Positions 26,852 through 35,693 of a stretch of DNA of 63,543 nucleotides are shown piece by piece. The stretch covers positions 1 through 63,543 of the forward strand of contig JBGTCT010000040.1 of NCBI GenBank assembly GCA_041748695.1, read 5' to 3'. Each line of letters begins with the position of its first letter. Within the stretch, counting starts at the first letter, position 1. The DNA is from Aquaticitalea sp. (GTDB taxonomy: Bacteria > Bacteroidota > Bacteroidia > Flavobacteriales > Flavobacteriaceae). Position numbers and translations under genes: made by a program. The notes below the pieces were generated by a model that ran no database searches, was not told where the DNA came from, and saw only the letters and a program-made list of their open reading frames with translations.

Positions 26852-29770
26852 TTAATCGATAATGGCCTCATAAATGAGTCTTTGAATTTCGGTTCGAATA
26901 TTTTCTTTAAGCAACGCATTATTGTTAGCTGTCGGATAGGTTCTGTTGGACAAAAATACGTAAACAATTTCTTTATCGGGATCTGCCCATGCCATAGTCC
27001 CTGTAAAACCGGTATGACCAAAACTTTTCATCGAGACGCATCCACAAGTAGAGCCCGCACCACTCAATTGTGGCTTATCAAATCCAAGTCCTCTTCTAAC
27101 ACCATTGTTACAATAGTGGCAGGTATTGAATTTGTCAAGTGTTTGTGGTTTAAAATAGCGTTTACCACCATAAAATCCTTTTTGAAGGTACATTTGCATG
27201 ATTTTGGCGACATCATTGGCGTTGCTAAAAATACCGGCATGCCCACCAACACCACCTTGCATGGCAGCGCCCATGTCGTGAACATAACCTTGAATTCGCT
27301 GATAACGATAATAATTATCCTCTTCGGAAGGCACTATTTGTTTGTTCATGAAAATGTTGGCAGGATTATAAGTTGTGAAATTAGCACCCAGAGGTTCATA
27401 AAAATGCTGCTGAACGAGAGCGTCCAGAGGTTTGTCGTAATGCTTCTCTATATATTCCTTTAGGATAAAATATCCCAAATCACTGTATTTATATTTTTTG
27501 GAAGGCAAAAGATCGCTGTTCCTGATTAATTTTAAGATTGAATCTGGATAATCTTTTTGTAAATAGACTTCTTCAGCCACTTTTATGCTGAAGTTCTCAC
27601 TAAATTGACGACGGTAAAAGGTTGCACTTGGTTTTTTATTCGCAGGATCAAGTGTCGCGACATAAAATGGAACCCAAGGTTTTAAACCCGCGGTATGCGA
27701 CAGAATTTCTTTAAGCGTGATGTTTTTCTTGTTAGAGTCACGATATTCGGGCAACAATTGTGATAATTTTGAGTCTACCGAAATAATCCCATTATCTTCC
27801 AATTCCATAATCATAGGCAACGTGGCGAGTATTTTAGTCAACGAAGCCACATCATATAAATCGTTGTGCTTGACTGGTTCACTCTCATCATAGACATGAG
27901 TGCCAAATGTTTTGTTATAAATCACCATACCTTTTCGGGCAACCAATAATTGCAATCCTGGTGTTGTTTTGAGTTTTATAGCCAACAACGCCATAGAATC
28001 CAAGCGCTTCAATTTTTCTGAACTCATACCAACACGTTCTGGTAAGCCATAACTTAATGATTCTAGAGTGTTATAAATGATTCCATCACCAACTTTAAAA
28101 TTCTCTCCTGCAGACACTGGCAAAGTACCTTTTGCAGGAATTGCCCCAAATAGCAATTGTGCAGATTTCCGTTGGGCAATTTCGCTATTTTGATAACTCA
28201 TGATGATACCTTCAATATTTTCAATACTTCGAATATCAGATAATGCATAAGGTCTTGCAAATACATCGAGAATTACGGTATTGGTTCTGGCAATTTCATA
28301 CAACCAAACCAACTCTTGGCTTGATAAATTATAAGGCTTCCATGGACTTGCATTCGATTTGTGCAATCCGATAATCACAGTATTGTATTGCTGCAACGAA
28401 TTGATCATTTCATCGAGCTTGGCAGCCATTATTTCGTGAACTTTGGTGTATTTTTTGAGTTCATCCAAAAACGCAGATCCATCATCATCACCAAATTTTA
28501 CATATGCAATTTTTTGGGTCTCAAGATGGCGCAATGGTAGTATTTCCTTAACGCTTCGTATTACTGTTATGGCATTTTCCATCAACTCTTCATAAAGCAC
28601 ATCGTCTTTTAGCCTGTTGAGATCCTCCAACAAGTTTTTAGTTTCGACGGGACTGTGTTTATTTAGCCCTACTTTGTATTTAGCCATCAAGATTTTCTTG
28701 ACCGAATGGGCCAATCGTTCTTCAGAAATTATTTTTGCCGTGTAGGCTTCTATCAATCTTTTAATGCCTTTTTCTGGGTTTTCTGACATCAACAATACAT
28801 CATTACCAGCAAGAAAAGCAGCTAAATCTATTTCGGATGATTCGCTAAAAGTAGAAACCCCTTTCATTCCAAGGGCATCAGTAAAAATGAGACCTTTAAA
28901 TTGTAAACGCTCTTTTAAGATATCGTTAATGATTGTATAGGATAATGACGAAGGAACCCCTATTCTCGTCTCTAAACTGGGAACATTAAGATGGGCTACC
29001 ATGACACTTGACAAGCCTTCTTGTATTAACTTTCTGTATGGATATAATTCGATAGAATCAATTCGTCTTTCATTAAAATTGATTGTTGGTAATGTTTTGT
29101 GCGAGTCGCTATCTGTATCACCATGACCTGGAAAATGTTTGGCACTTGCCAACACTCCTGCTTCCTGCATGCCATTCATAAAAGCCAATGCTTTCGCGGT
29201 AACCTTATCTCTATCCTCACCAAAGGAACGATTGCCAATAATTGGATTTTTTGGATTGGTATTGATGTCCACATCTGGTGCAAAGTTAAAATGCACGCCG
29301 AGTCGTTTGCAGTGTTCACCAATATATTGGCCAGTTTTTTTAACCAAATCGTTATCGGTAATCGCTCCAAGGGTCATATTCCATGGAAATGCATAGGTTG
29401 AATCCAATCGCATGCTCAATCCCCATTCGGCATCCATACCTATTAACAATGGGGTTTTTGAGGCTGCCTGAAGATCATTGTTAAGTTTTGCTTGACTTAC
29501 CGGATCACCTTTTGAATAGATGATGCCACCAATTTGTTGGTTCTTAATCAGGTTTATAATTTTTGGCTTGTCCAAATTTTTCGTCTCTGAAAACACTTGT
29601 ACCATAAACAACTGCCCTATTTTTTCTTCAAGGGTCATTTTGTTGTACATGCCATTGACCCAATCTTTTTGTTTAATGGAATCTTTAGCTAATAAAGGAT
29701 TTGTATTCTTTTGGGAATAAGATGCATTGGATGTTATAATGAATATGATGAGGGTAACTATTAAACGCAT
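26852..29770 (-). CDS. GH3 beta-N-acetylglucosaminidase fused to a beta-lactamase-fold serine hydrolase
   Basis: DAEWG, KHFPGHGDTDSDSH (NagZ Asp-His dyad), TDAL.M; C-terminal ASLTK (SxxK), YSD, GHTGFTG. Confidence 0.92.
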   Translation of the reverse strand: MRLIVTLIIFIITSNASYSQKNTNPLLAKDSIKQKDWVNGMYNKMTLEEKIGQLFMVQVFSETKNLDKPKIINLIKNQQIGGIIYSKGDPVSQAKLNNDLQAASKTPLLIGMDAEWGLSMRLDSTYAFPWNMTLGAITDNDLVKKTGQYIGEHCKRLGVHFNFAPDVDINTNPKNPIIGNRSFGEDRDKVTAKALAFMNGMQEAGVLASAKHFPGHGDTDSDSHKTLPTINFNERRIDSIELYPYRKLIQEGLSSVMVAHLNVPSLETRIGVPSSLSYTIINDILKERLQFKGLIFTDALGMKGVSTFSESSEIDLAAFLAGNDVLLMSENPEKGIKRLIEAYTAKIISEERLAHSVKKILMAKYKVGLNKHSPVETKNLLEDLNRLKDDVLYEELMENAITVIRSVKEILPLRHLETQKIAYVKFGDDDGSAFLDELKKYTKVHEIMAAKLDEMINSLQQYNTVIIGLHKSNASPWKPYNLSSQELVWLYEIARTNTVILDVFARPYALSDIRSIENIEGIIMSYQNSEIAQRKSAQLLFGAIPAKGTLPVSAGENFKVGDGIIYNTLESLSYGLPERVGMSSEKLKRLDSMALLAIKLKTTPGLQLLVARKGMVIYNKTFGTHVYDESEPVKHNDLYDVASLTKILATLPMIMELEDNGIISVDSKLSQLLPEYRDSNKKNITLKEILSHTAGLKPWVPFYVATLDPANKKPSATFYRRQFSENFSIKVAEEVYLQKDYPDSILKLIRNSDLLPSKKYKYSDLGYFILKEYIEKHYDKPLDALVQQHFYEPLGANFTTYNPANIFMNKQIVPSEEDNYYRYQRIQGYVHDMGAAMQGGVGGHAGIFSNANDVAKIMQMYLQKGFYGGKRYFKPQTLDKFNTCHYCNNGVRRGLGFDKPQLSGAGSTCGCVSMKSFGHTGFTGTMAWADPDKEIVYVFLSNRTYPTANNNALLKENIRTEIQRLIYEAIID

Positions 29771-29882
29771 AAATATGTGGGCCTTTTGAATACTTGGTGA
29801 TTCCTATAAAAACTATGCCAAAATACTATATTTGCTAGCAAGTTGATCTAACTTTATGATAGATTTATCAAGAAGGTTATTA

Positions 29883-29926
29883 AGATGGAAATTGAAATTG
29901 AATTGAAGATGAAATTGAAGTTGAAA
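29883..29926. repeat. Degenerate ~6-nt tandem repeat (AATTGA-like)
   Basis: agatgg aaattg aaattg aattg aagatg aaattg aagttg. Confidence 0.6.
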
Positions 29927-29949
29927 AAATTTCTTTAAGTGACCTCATT

Positions 29950-30435
29950 CTAGTTTAAGAATCTAGAATGCCAACTATCACTCGCCGGAACTTCCCAACT
30001 TTCTTTATACTCGGCAATATTTGTGACCAAATTGTTGAAGACAATCGTATTTTTTGAAACGGCTTTTTCTTTGGCCATTTTTTTAAAATCGATTAATGTT
30101 TTATGAGCTACATAATCGCCTTGTTTATAGGAGACATTCATTTTATCCAATAAATCTACATTGTAGTATTTTTCGAGTTGCTGAATAAAATTTACACTAG
30201 CATCGATGGAACAACCCGTGGCTTTGTTCAAATTCTGATTTAAAGCAATGATGATGAATCGTTTGTATTTTATCTCGTAACCCGATTGCAAATCGCTTCC
30301 ATGAGCAGTCCATTGTTCAATAAAGAGTTCTAATTTGGATGTTATCTCTGATAGCTCTTCATCTGAAAATGAACGATTGGCCTGATATATCCAAACTCTT
30401 GATTCTTCGGGTAAAGTATTAAAATCTACTAGCAT
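29950..30435 (-). CDS. Conserved Bacteroidota hypothetical protein (no P-loop)
   Basis: SRVWIYQA.R, W.AHG, TGCSID, VFNN, SWH motifs; TATCTTTG promoter element at 30481-30488. Confidence 0.8.
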   Translation of the reverse strand: MLVDFNTLPEESRVWIYQANRSFSDEELSEITSKLELFIEQWTAHGSDLQSGYEIKYKRFIIIALNQNLNKATGCSIDASVNFIQQLEKYYNVDLLDKMNVSYKQGDYVAHKTLIDFKKMAKEKAVSKNTIVFNNLVTNIAEYKESWEVPASDSWHSRFLN

Positions 30436-30494
30436 TTTAGAGTGGGTTTTTTAATATTAATCTTTCGGTAGTGCTTATTGCAAAGATACAATTC

Positions 30495-31976
30495 TTACAT
30501 CCAATTTTTTTGAGAAATCTCTAATTTATACAGCAAATAATCCATGAGATATTTTGCATGGTCTTCTTTTATATGTGGAATTTGTAAACTGCTGGAAGCC
30601 GTATCAATTATTAACGATGCTATCTGATTTCTTTTTTGAAAAATCGTTTGGGTGATACTCACAGACTGTATTTTATGAACTTCCAGAATCTGTAGCGTCG
30701 ATTCTATAAAACCACTTTCGATGGTAACATATTTTTCTTCAACACTGTAGCAATATTTTCGATAGGTATATTTCACAAAAAGAAATGCATAAGGAACGAC
30801 CAACAGATTTAATAACCAAAAACTTGAATCATTCAACAAATAGATAATAGCGTTTAAAATCAATAATATGATGACACTGCGAATGATCAATAACCTTTTA
30901 AAGTAGAATTCGGGCTTTTGTTTGTGTTCAGGCTTTTTAAAATCTGAATACATATAATCTATTAAATAATTTACTTGATGGGTATTTAAACCAACCACCG
31001 ACAATTTGTCCTTTTGCTCTTTGTTGGTCATTGCTTGCTTAATGTGCAAAGTGTTTAAATGAAACAGTTGCTTAAGGCGGTTGGTCGTTATGGTGATGCT
31101 CTGTATTCTGGATGGCAATAAATTCAAGTTGACTTTATTGAACAATCCTTTGGATATTTCGAGATTTTTGTTCTGCTCTTTTACGGTTAGATTATAATTT
31201 ACAAGAATCGTTTTAAAAATCGAAAACACCATAACACCGAGAAGCATAACTATAATTGCAACCAAATTGATTAAAATAACAGTAGAAAGCGAGTCACTAT
31301 CTGTTGGAAACCACTGATTGAATTTTTCGCTTAATTTAAATTCCTGCAAAAATTCTTTATTCTCATAAAACCAACCAATAAAAAAAGTAAAGATGATAAT
31401 CATACTTTTAATATGATTGTTGGTGATGCCTTCCAAAAATAATTTAGGGATGGAAGCTTGGTAGTACACAATGGTGTCATCTTCCAAAATTTCAGCTGTT
31501 CTATTGGCCATTAACTCCTTTTTCAACTCCAATGCGTAATCTAATGGTAGAGCACTTATTTCTACTTCAGCATTGTCGTTTCCAGCAGTTTCTATCGTTA
31601 ATGAAGACACATTAATCACTTGTTGTAACAGGTTTTGCTTGATGTAAACATTCTGAATTTTTGTTTTGGGTATGAGGATGTTTTCTTTGTTGACAATTCC
31701 CTTTTCGAGATGAAAGCCTTCGCTTGAACTGTAGAATTTAAAATTCAAGTATTTCAATATAGATACTAATAAAATAAGAGCAAGAATACCAAAAAAAATC
31801 AATAAAACATAAGGTAAGGCAAGTCCATAAACACTTCCTTTATTAATGAATCTGATGATGAATGGAATAAAAAAGATAAAGCCATTCTTCAAAAACTTCA
31901 CCATCTGAAGTCCAAAAATTACTATAATGCCTTTGGAAGATTGACGCGATGGCTGACTAAAATCAAAGTTGCTCAT
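30495..31976 (-). CDS. YdbT-like membrane protein with repeated bacterial PH domains
   Basis: Three TM-pair plus bPH_2 units (KIQNV..Q..LQ..IETAG; RIQSI; KIQSVSITQ). Confidence 0.85.
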   Translation of the reverse strand: MSNFDFSQPSRQSSKGIIVIFGLQMVKFLKNGFIFFIPFIIRFINKGSVYGLALPYVLLIFFGILALILLVSILKYLNFKFYSSSEGFHLEKGIVNKENILIPKTKIQNVYIKQNLLQQVINVSSLTIETAGNDNAEVEISALPLDYALELKKELMANRTAEILEDDTIVYYQASIPKLFLEGITNNHIKSMIIIFTFFIGWFYENKEFLQEFKLSEKFNQWFPTDSDSLSTVILINLVAIIVMLLGVMVFSIFKTILVNYNLTVKEQNKNLEISKGLFNKVNLNLLPSRIQSITITTNRLKQLFHLNTLHIKQAMTNKEQKDKLSVVGLNTHQVNYLIDYMYSDFKKPEHKQKPEFYFKRLLIIRSVIILLILNAIIYLLNDSSFWLLNLLVVPYAFLFVKYTYRKYCYSVEEKYVTIESGFIESTLQILEVHKIQSVSITQTIFQKRNQIASLIIDTASSSLQIPHIKEDHAKYLMDYLLYKLEISQKNWM

Positions 31977-32478
31977 TTATTTTTGAAGATAAAAAAGCGT
32001 TCAATTTTTCTGCGACGTCGGATGGCAAACCTTTAATTACCAAATCACTGCCAGAGGCGCCAGCTGTGTAAATATGAAGTGTTGCCAAATCGAATTTTCT
32101 GGCTAAAAAACTTTTAGAAATTTCTATATGTTGGATCCTGACAAAAGGAACTGTGGTGAGTTTATAGAATATCAATCCGCTTGAATAGATCACATCCAGC
32201 TCCCGGATGGCATATCGGCGTTTTGAAAAGCCCAAAATGGCTATGGTTAAATAAGAAGCAAAAAAAATTATAAGTACACTCAAAAAAATCCAGAAGAAGA
32301 TTAAGGTTGTATCTGTATTGAACACGAAAAAAGTCAAAATCAACACGATAAATGGAACTATAAAAACCATCAATGCGTTTAAATATATTATTTTTAAGTA
32401 GGCCTTGGAAATACCAGTTAACTCAACTGACTCAATTGTGGGTAAGTGATCTGTGACTATCTGTTGGTTGGTTGGCAT
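31963..32478 (-). CDS. YdbS-like membrane protein with a bacterial PH domain
   Basis: Two TMs, then VPFVRIQHIEI...LATLHIYTAG...I.GL; overlaps the ydbT-like gene. Confidence 0.88.
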   Translation of the reverse strand: MPTNQQIVTDHLPTIESVELTGISKAYLKIIYLNALMVFIVPFIVLILTFFVFNTDTTLIFFWIFLSVLIIFFASYLTIAILGFSKRRYAIRELDVIYSSGLIFYKLTTVPFVRIQHIEISKSFLARKFDLATLHIYTAGASGSDLVIKGLPSDVAEKLNAFLSSKINEQL

Positions 32479-32498
32479 CTCATCTTTTCTAATTCAAG

Positions 32499-33290
32499 TT
32501 ACAAATCCTGTGCATTGGCAATTAACTCTGCAATGTCCATGACTTTAATGTCTCCTTCCTTATCCTTGGCTTTGACACCATCTGTCATCATCGTATTGCA
32601 AAACGGACAACCCGCTGCAATTATTTCTGGCTTAACATCTAACGCTTGTTCAGTACGTAAAACATTAACCTCTTTGGTTCCAGGTTCTGCATCCTTAAAC
32701 ATTTGTGCACCACCAGCTCCACAGCACAATCCGTTGCGACGGCAGTTTTTCATCTCAACCAATTCGGCTTCTAATTTTTGGATAAGTTCACGAGGTGCTT
32801 CATACACATTGTTTGCACGTCCCAAATAGCAAGGATCGTGAAACGTAATGCGCTTGCCTTTATATTGCCCACCTTCAATGGTCAAACGACCCTCGTCCAA
32901 TAACGTTTTTAAAAATTGCGTGTGGTGCATTACCTCGTAGTTGCCGCCCAACCCTGGATATTCATTTTTGATGGTATTAAAGCAATGTGGACATGCTGTC
33001 ACTATTTTTTTTACTTCATAAGCATTTAACACTTCAATATTGGTAACCGCTTGCATTTGGAACAAGAATTCATTTCCCGCACGTTTTGCGGGATCTCCTG
33101 TGCAACTTTCCTCGGTGCCAAGTACCGCAAACTCTACATTAGCCTTATTGAGTATTTTTACGAATGCCTTGGTAATTTTTTTGGCCCGATCGTCAAAGCT
33201 ACCAGAGCAACCAACCCAAAATAATATTTCAGGTTGTTTGCCTTGCGCCAAAAATTCTGCCATTGTAGGCACTTTTAATGCTTCGCTCAT
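32499..33290 (-). CDS. Cysteine-rich CCG-domain Fe-S protein (FadF/HdrD C-terminal-like)
   Basis: FWVGC, ESCTGD, TACPHC, HDPCYLGR, CCGAGG, GCPFC. Confidence 0.9.
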   Translation of the reverse strand: MSEALKVPTMAEFLAQGKQPEILFWVGCSGSFDDRAKKITKAFVKILNKANVEFAVLGTEESCTGDPAKRAGNEFLFQMQAVTNIEVLNAYEVKKIVTACPHCFNTIKNEYPGLGGNYEVMHHTQFLKTLLDEGRLTIEGGQYKGKRITFHDPCYLGRANNVYEAPRELIQKLEAELVEMKNCRRNGLCCGAGGAQMFKDAEPGTKEVNVLRTEQALDVKPEIIAAGCPFCNTMMTDGVKAKDKEGDIKVMDIAELIANAQDL

Positions 33291-33396
33291 TTTTTTTTAG
33301 TTTATGAGTTTAAAAATGGTTAATGAGTTTAGGAGTATATGTGTTCAAAAAGGGTTGTATTTAATTTGCTGGTATTAGAAAATTATGTTTTTTTTA

Positions 33397-33476
33397 CTAA
33401 ACATCTAAACATCTAAACATCTAAACATCTAAACATCTAAACATCTAAACATCTAAACCCTTAAACTCCTAAACTA
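33397..33476. repeat. 8-nt tandem repeat (CTAAACAT)x7 plus 3 degenerate units
   Basis: Seven perfect copies at 33397-33452, then CTAAACCC TTAAACTC CTAAACTA. Confidence 0.95.
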
Positions 33477-33483
33477 TTTATAG

Positions 33484-33930
33484 TCAATCATGATGACCGT
33501 CATCAAATACTTCGATGGTGACATTTTTTTCTACCAAATCGGTAAACTTTCCTTTGTAGCGCGTTGCTTTTACTAGGTGGTTGTCGATCCAATGATAATT
33601 GCCTCCTCTAGGTTTTCCCATTAACAGAGTATGGTATTTAAAACCATGTTTTTTTAGCCAAATCTCGGTGTATTCACGATGTGCTTCAGTACGCGATGTA
33701 AAAAAACAAATCATATGCCCTTCATCATACCATTTGTTGCAGGTAATTAATGCATCGGGATATACTTCTGCAGTCAACATCCGTTCAGGTTCTTCATTTG
33801 GGATGTCGTCGCAAACGGTGCCATCGATATCTATCAAATAATTTTTGACACCTTTTGGTAACACCGGACTGATTTTTGCTCCTTTTTCTACTTTTTCGTG
33901 TAGTAACTTGTCTGCTTCTTCTCTTTCCAT
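33484..33930 (-). CDS. Small capless HAD-superfamily phosphatase (LNS2-like)
   Basis: IDIDGTV motif I, FTSR motif II, MGKP motif III, WIDN motif IV. Confidence 0.85.
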   Translation of the reverse strand: MEREEADKLLHEKVEKGAKISPVLPKGVKNYLIDIDGTVCDDIPNEEPERMLTAEVYPDALITCNKWYDEGHMICFFTSRTEAHREYTEIWLKKHGFKYHTLLMGKPRGGNYHWIDNHLVKATRYKGKFTDLVEKNVTIEVFDDGHHD

Positions 33931-34213
33931 AATCTTTTCCTGCGAAAGCAGGTTCTGTTTTAATTTAATTTAATCTAATTATCCAAATGCAAAGTGGCGA
34001 ACACTTTCAGATGGATTTATTCCTCAACTTTATACCATCTGAATAGATTTGAACATATAACACCAAATCCATCCCTATTATGATACCTTATATAAAACCA
34101 ACTGCATGATGTAAAACCAACTGCATGAATCATAAAATATGGCATAAATAAACCAAACAACAATAGAACCATATCAAAGAAAACAAAACACTTTAGTTCT
34201 TAAAATTTCCTAT

Positions 34214-34387
34214 TCAATGTTTTTGTTTTTTAGGCTTCATTAACCAAAATGATAATAAACCTATACCTCCACCTATGAATGCTCCACCTAACATACTATA
34301 AAAACTACTGTTGGTATATATCATGATAGTGATTCCACTTAAACATAAGAGGATACCAATAATTGTAATATAGGTCCGTTTATTCAT
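34214..34387 (-). CDS. 57-aa two-helix membrane protein (below the ORF cutoff)
   Basis: MNKRTYITIIGILLCLSGITIMIYTNSSFYSMLGGAFIGGGIGLLSFWLMKPKKQKH; ATG overlaps the upstream stop (ATGAATAA); basic termini. Confidence 0.7.
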   Translation of the reverse strand: MNKRTYITIIGILLCLSGITIMIYTNSSFYSMLGGAFIGGGIGLLSFWLMKPKKQKH

Positions 34388-35681
34388 TCTTCCAGTTCAA
34401 TCGGTCCATTTGGTTGTAAGGCCAAGGTGCACCATTATTTTCTACATTGGTCATCATGTTGTTCAATTCCAGAGGCGCGGCACTCTGCTCCATTACCAAA
34501 TAGCGCCGCATGTCCATAATTATTGATAACGGATCGATACTTACAGGACAGGCCTCCACACAGGCGTTACATGTAGTACATGCCCAAAGTTCCTCGCGAG
34601 TTATGTAATCATCCAATAATTGCTTGCCGTCATCTTTAAATTCGCCTTTATTGGCGTCCATGTTCTTTCCTACTTCTTCCAGACGGTCACGTGTGTCCAT
34701 CATAATCTTCCGCGGAGACAATTTTTTTCCGGTTTGGTTGGCAGGGCATTCGCTCGTACATCGACCACATTCCGTACAAGTATAAGCGTTAAGCAGTTGT
34801 ACCCAATTTAAATCTTGAACATCGCTTGCCCCAAATTTGGCCGGAGCATCCGAGCCTTCTGGTTGGGCTGCAAACGGATCAACATTGGGATCCATCATCA
34901 TTTTTACTTCGTTGGTGACGGCCTCAAGGTTATCAAATTGCCCTTTTGGTTTTATTTTTCCATAATAGGTGTTTGGAAAGGCCAAAAGAATATGCAAATG
35001 CTTTGAAAAATAAAGGTAGTTAAGGAATATTAAAATTCCCAGAATGTGCAACCACCAAGCGCTTCTTTCGATAATATGAAGGGTTTCTGTAGAAGTGTTT
35101 CCAAACCAAGATGCAATATATTGGCTAATGATGTTGCCGTTATTCATGTCCTGAAAAGGAACATCAGTAGCATTCATTGTTAAAAATAAAGCCATTAAAA
35201 CCATCTCGAAATATAAAATGTAATTGGCATCATTTTTTGGCCAGCTCGTCATTTCGTTGGCCCAGAAGCGTTTTAATTTGAGTGCATTTCTTCGCAGCCA
35301 AAAGACTGCAACACTCACAAAAACCAAAAATGCCAAAATTTCAAAAGAACCAATCAGAACACCATACAGACTTCCAATCGAAGAAAACACGCGATGGGTA
35401 CCGAGCAGACCGTCAATAATGATTTCCAATACTTCAATATTAATGACCACAAAACCAACATACACAATGACATGCAGAAAACCGGCAATTGGACGTCGAA
35501 CCATTTTGGACTGTCCCAATGCGATCATGGCCATGTTTTTCCAGCGTATTGATTTGTTATCGCTGACGTCTACATCGTGACCAAGTTTGATGTTACGAAG
35601 AAGTTTTTTTACATTAAAAGCAAAGTATCCAATTCCAGCTATAAGCGCTAAAGCAAAAAGTATATTTGGAAGGTAGTTCAT
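34380..35681 (-). CDS. Membrane-bound 4Fe-4S dicluster oxidoreductase (FadF N-terminal-like)
   Basis: About five TMs with His residues (SKHLH), CTECGRCTSECP and CTTCNACVEACP. Confidence 0.9.
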   Translation of the reverse strand: MNYLPNILFALALIAGIGYFAFNVKKLLRNIKLGHDVDVSDNKSIRWKNMAMIALGQSKMVRRPIAGFLHVIVYVGFVVINIEVLEIIIDGLLGTHRVFSSIGSLYGVLIGSFEILAFLVFVSVAVFWLRRNALKLKRFWANEMTSWPKNDANYILYFEMVLMALFLTMNATDVPFQDMNNGNIISQYIASWFGNTSTETLHIIERSAWWLHILGILIFLNYLYFSKHLHILLAFPNTYYGKIKPKGQFDNLEAVTNEVKMMMDPNVDPFAAQPEGSDAPAKFGASDVQDLNWVQLLNAYTCTECGRCTSECPANQTGKKLSPRKIMMDTRDRLEEVGKNMDANKGEFKDDGKQLLDDYITREELWACTTCNACVEACPVSIDPLSIIMDMRRYLVMEQSAAPLELNNMMTNVENNGAPWPYNQMDRLNWKNE

Positions 35682-35693
35682 GTATTACACTAA

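Noticed and set aside
26882-27463. 193-aa antisense ORF and other shadow ORFs (2154-2495, 32446-32829, 36025-36531, 47311-47751, 61088-61501)
   Set aside because: They lie opposite well-supported genes and show no motifs; these are expected antisense artefacts.
26852-28050. Beta-lactamase resistance gene
   Set aside because: The SxxK domain is fused to GH3 and fits a peptidoglycan-recycling hydrolase better.
29806-29820. Sigma54-like promoter for the GH3 fusion (TGGCATAGTTTTTAT)
   Set aside because: Lacks the conserved G of the -12 element; too weak to call.
33397-33476. 8-mer tract as CRISPR or iterons
   Set aside because: No spacers and no rep gene; it is a simple VNTR.
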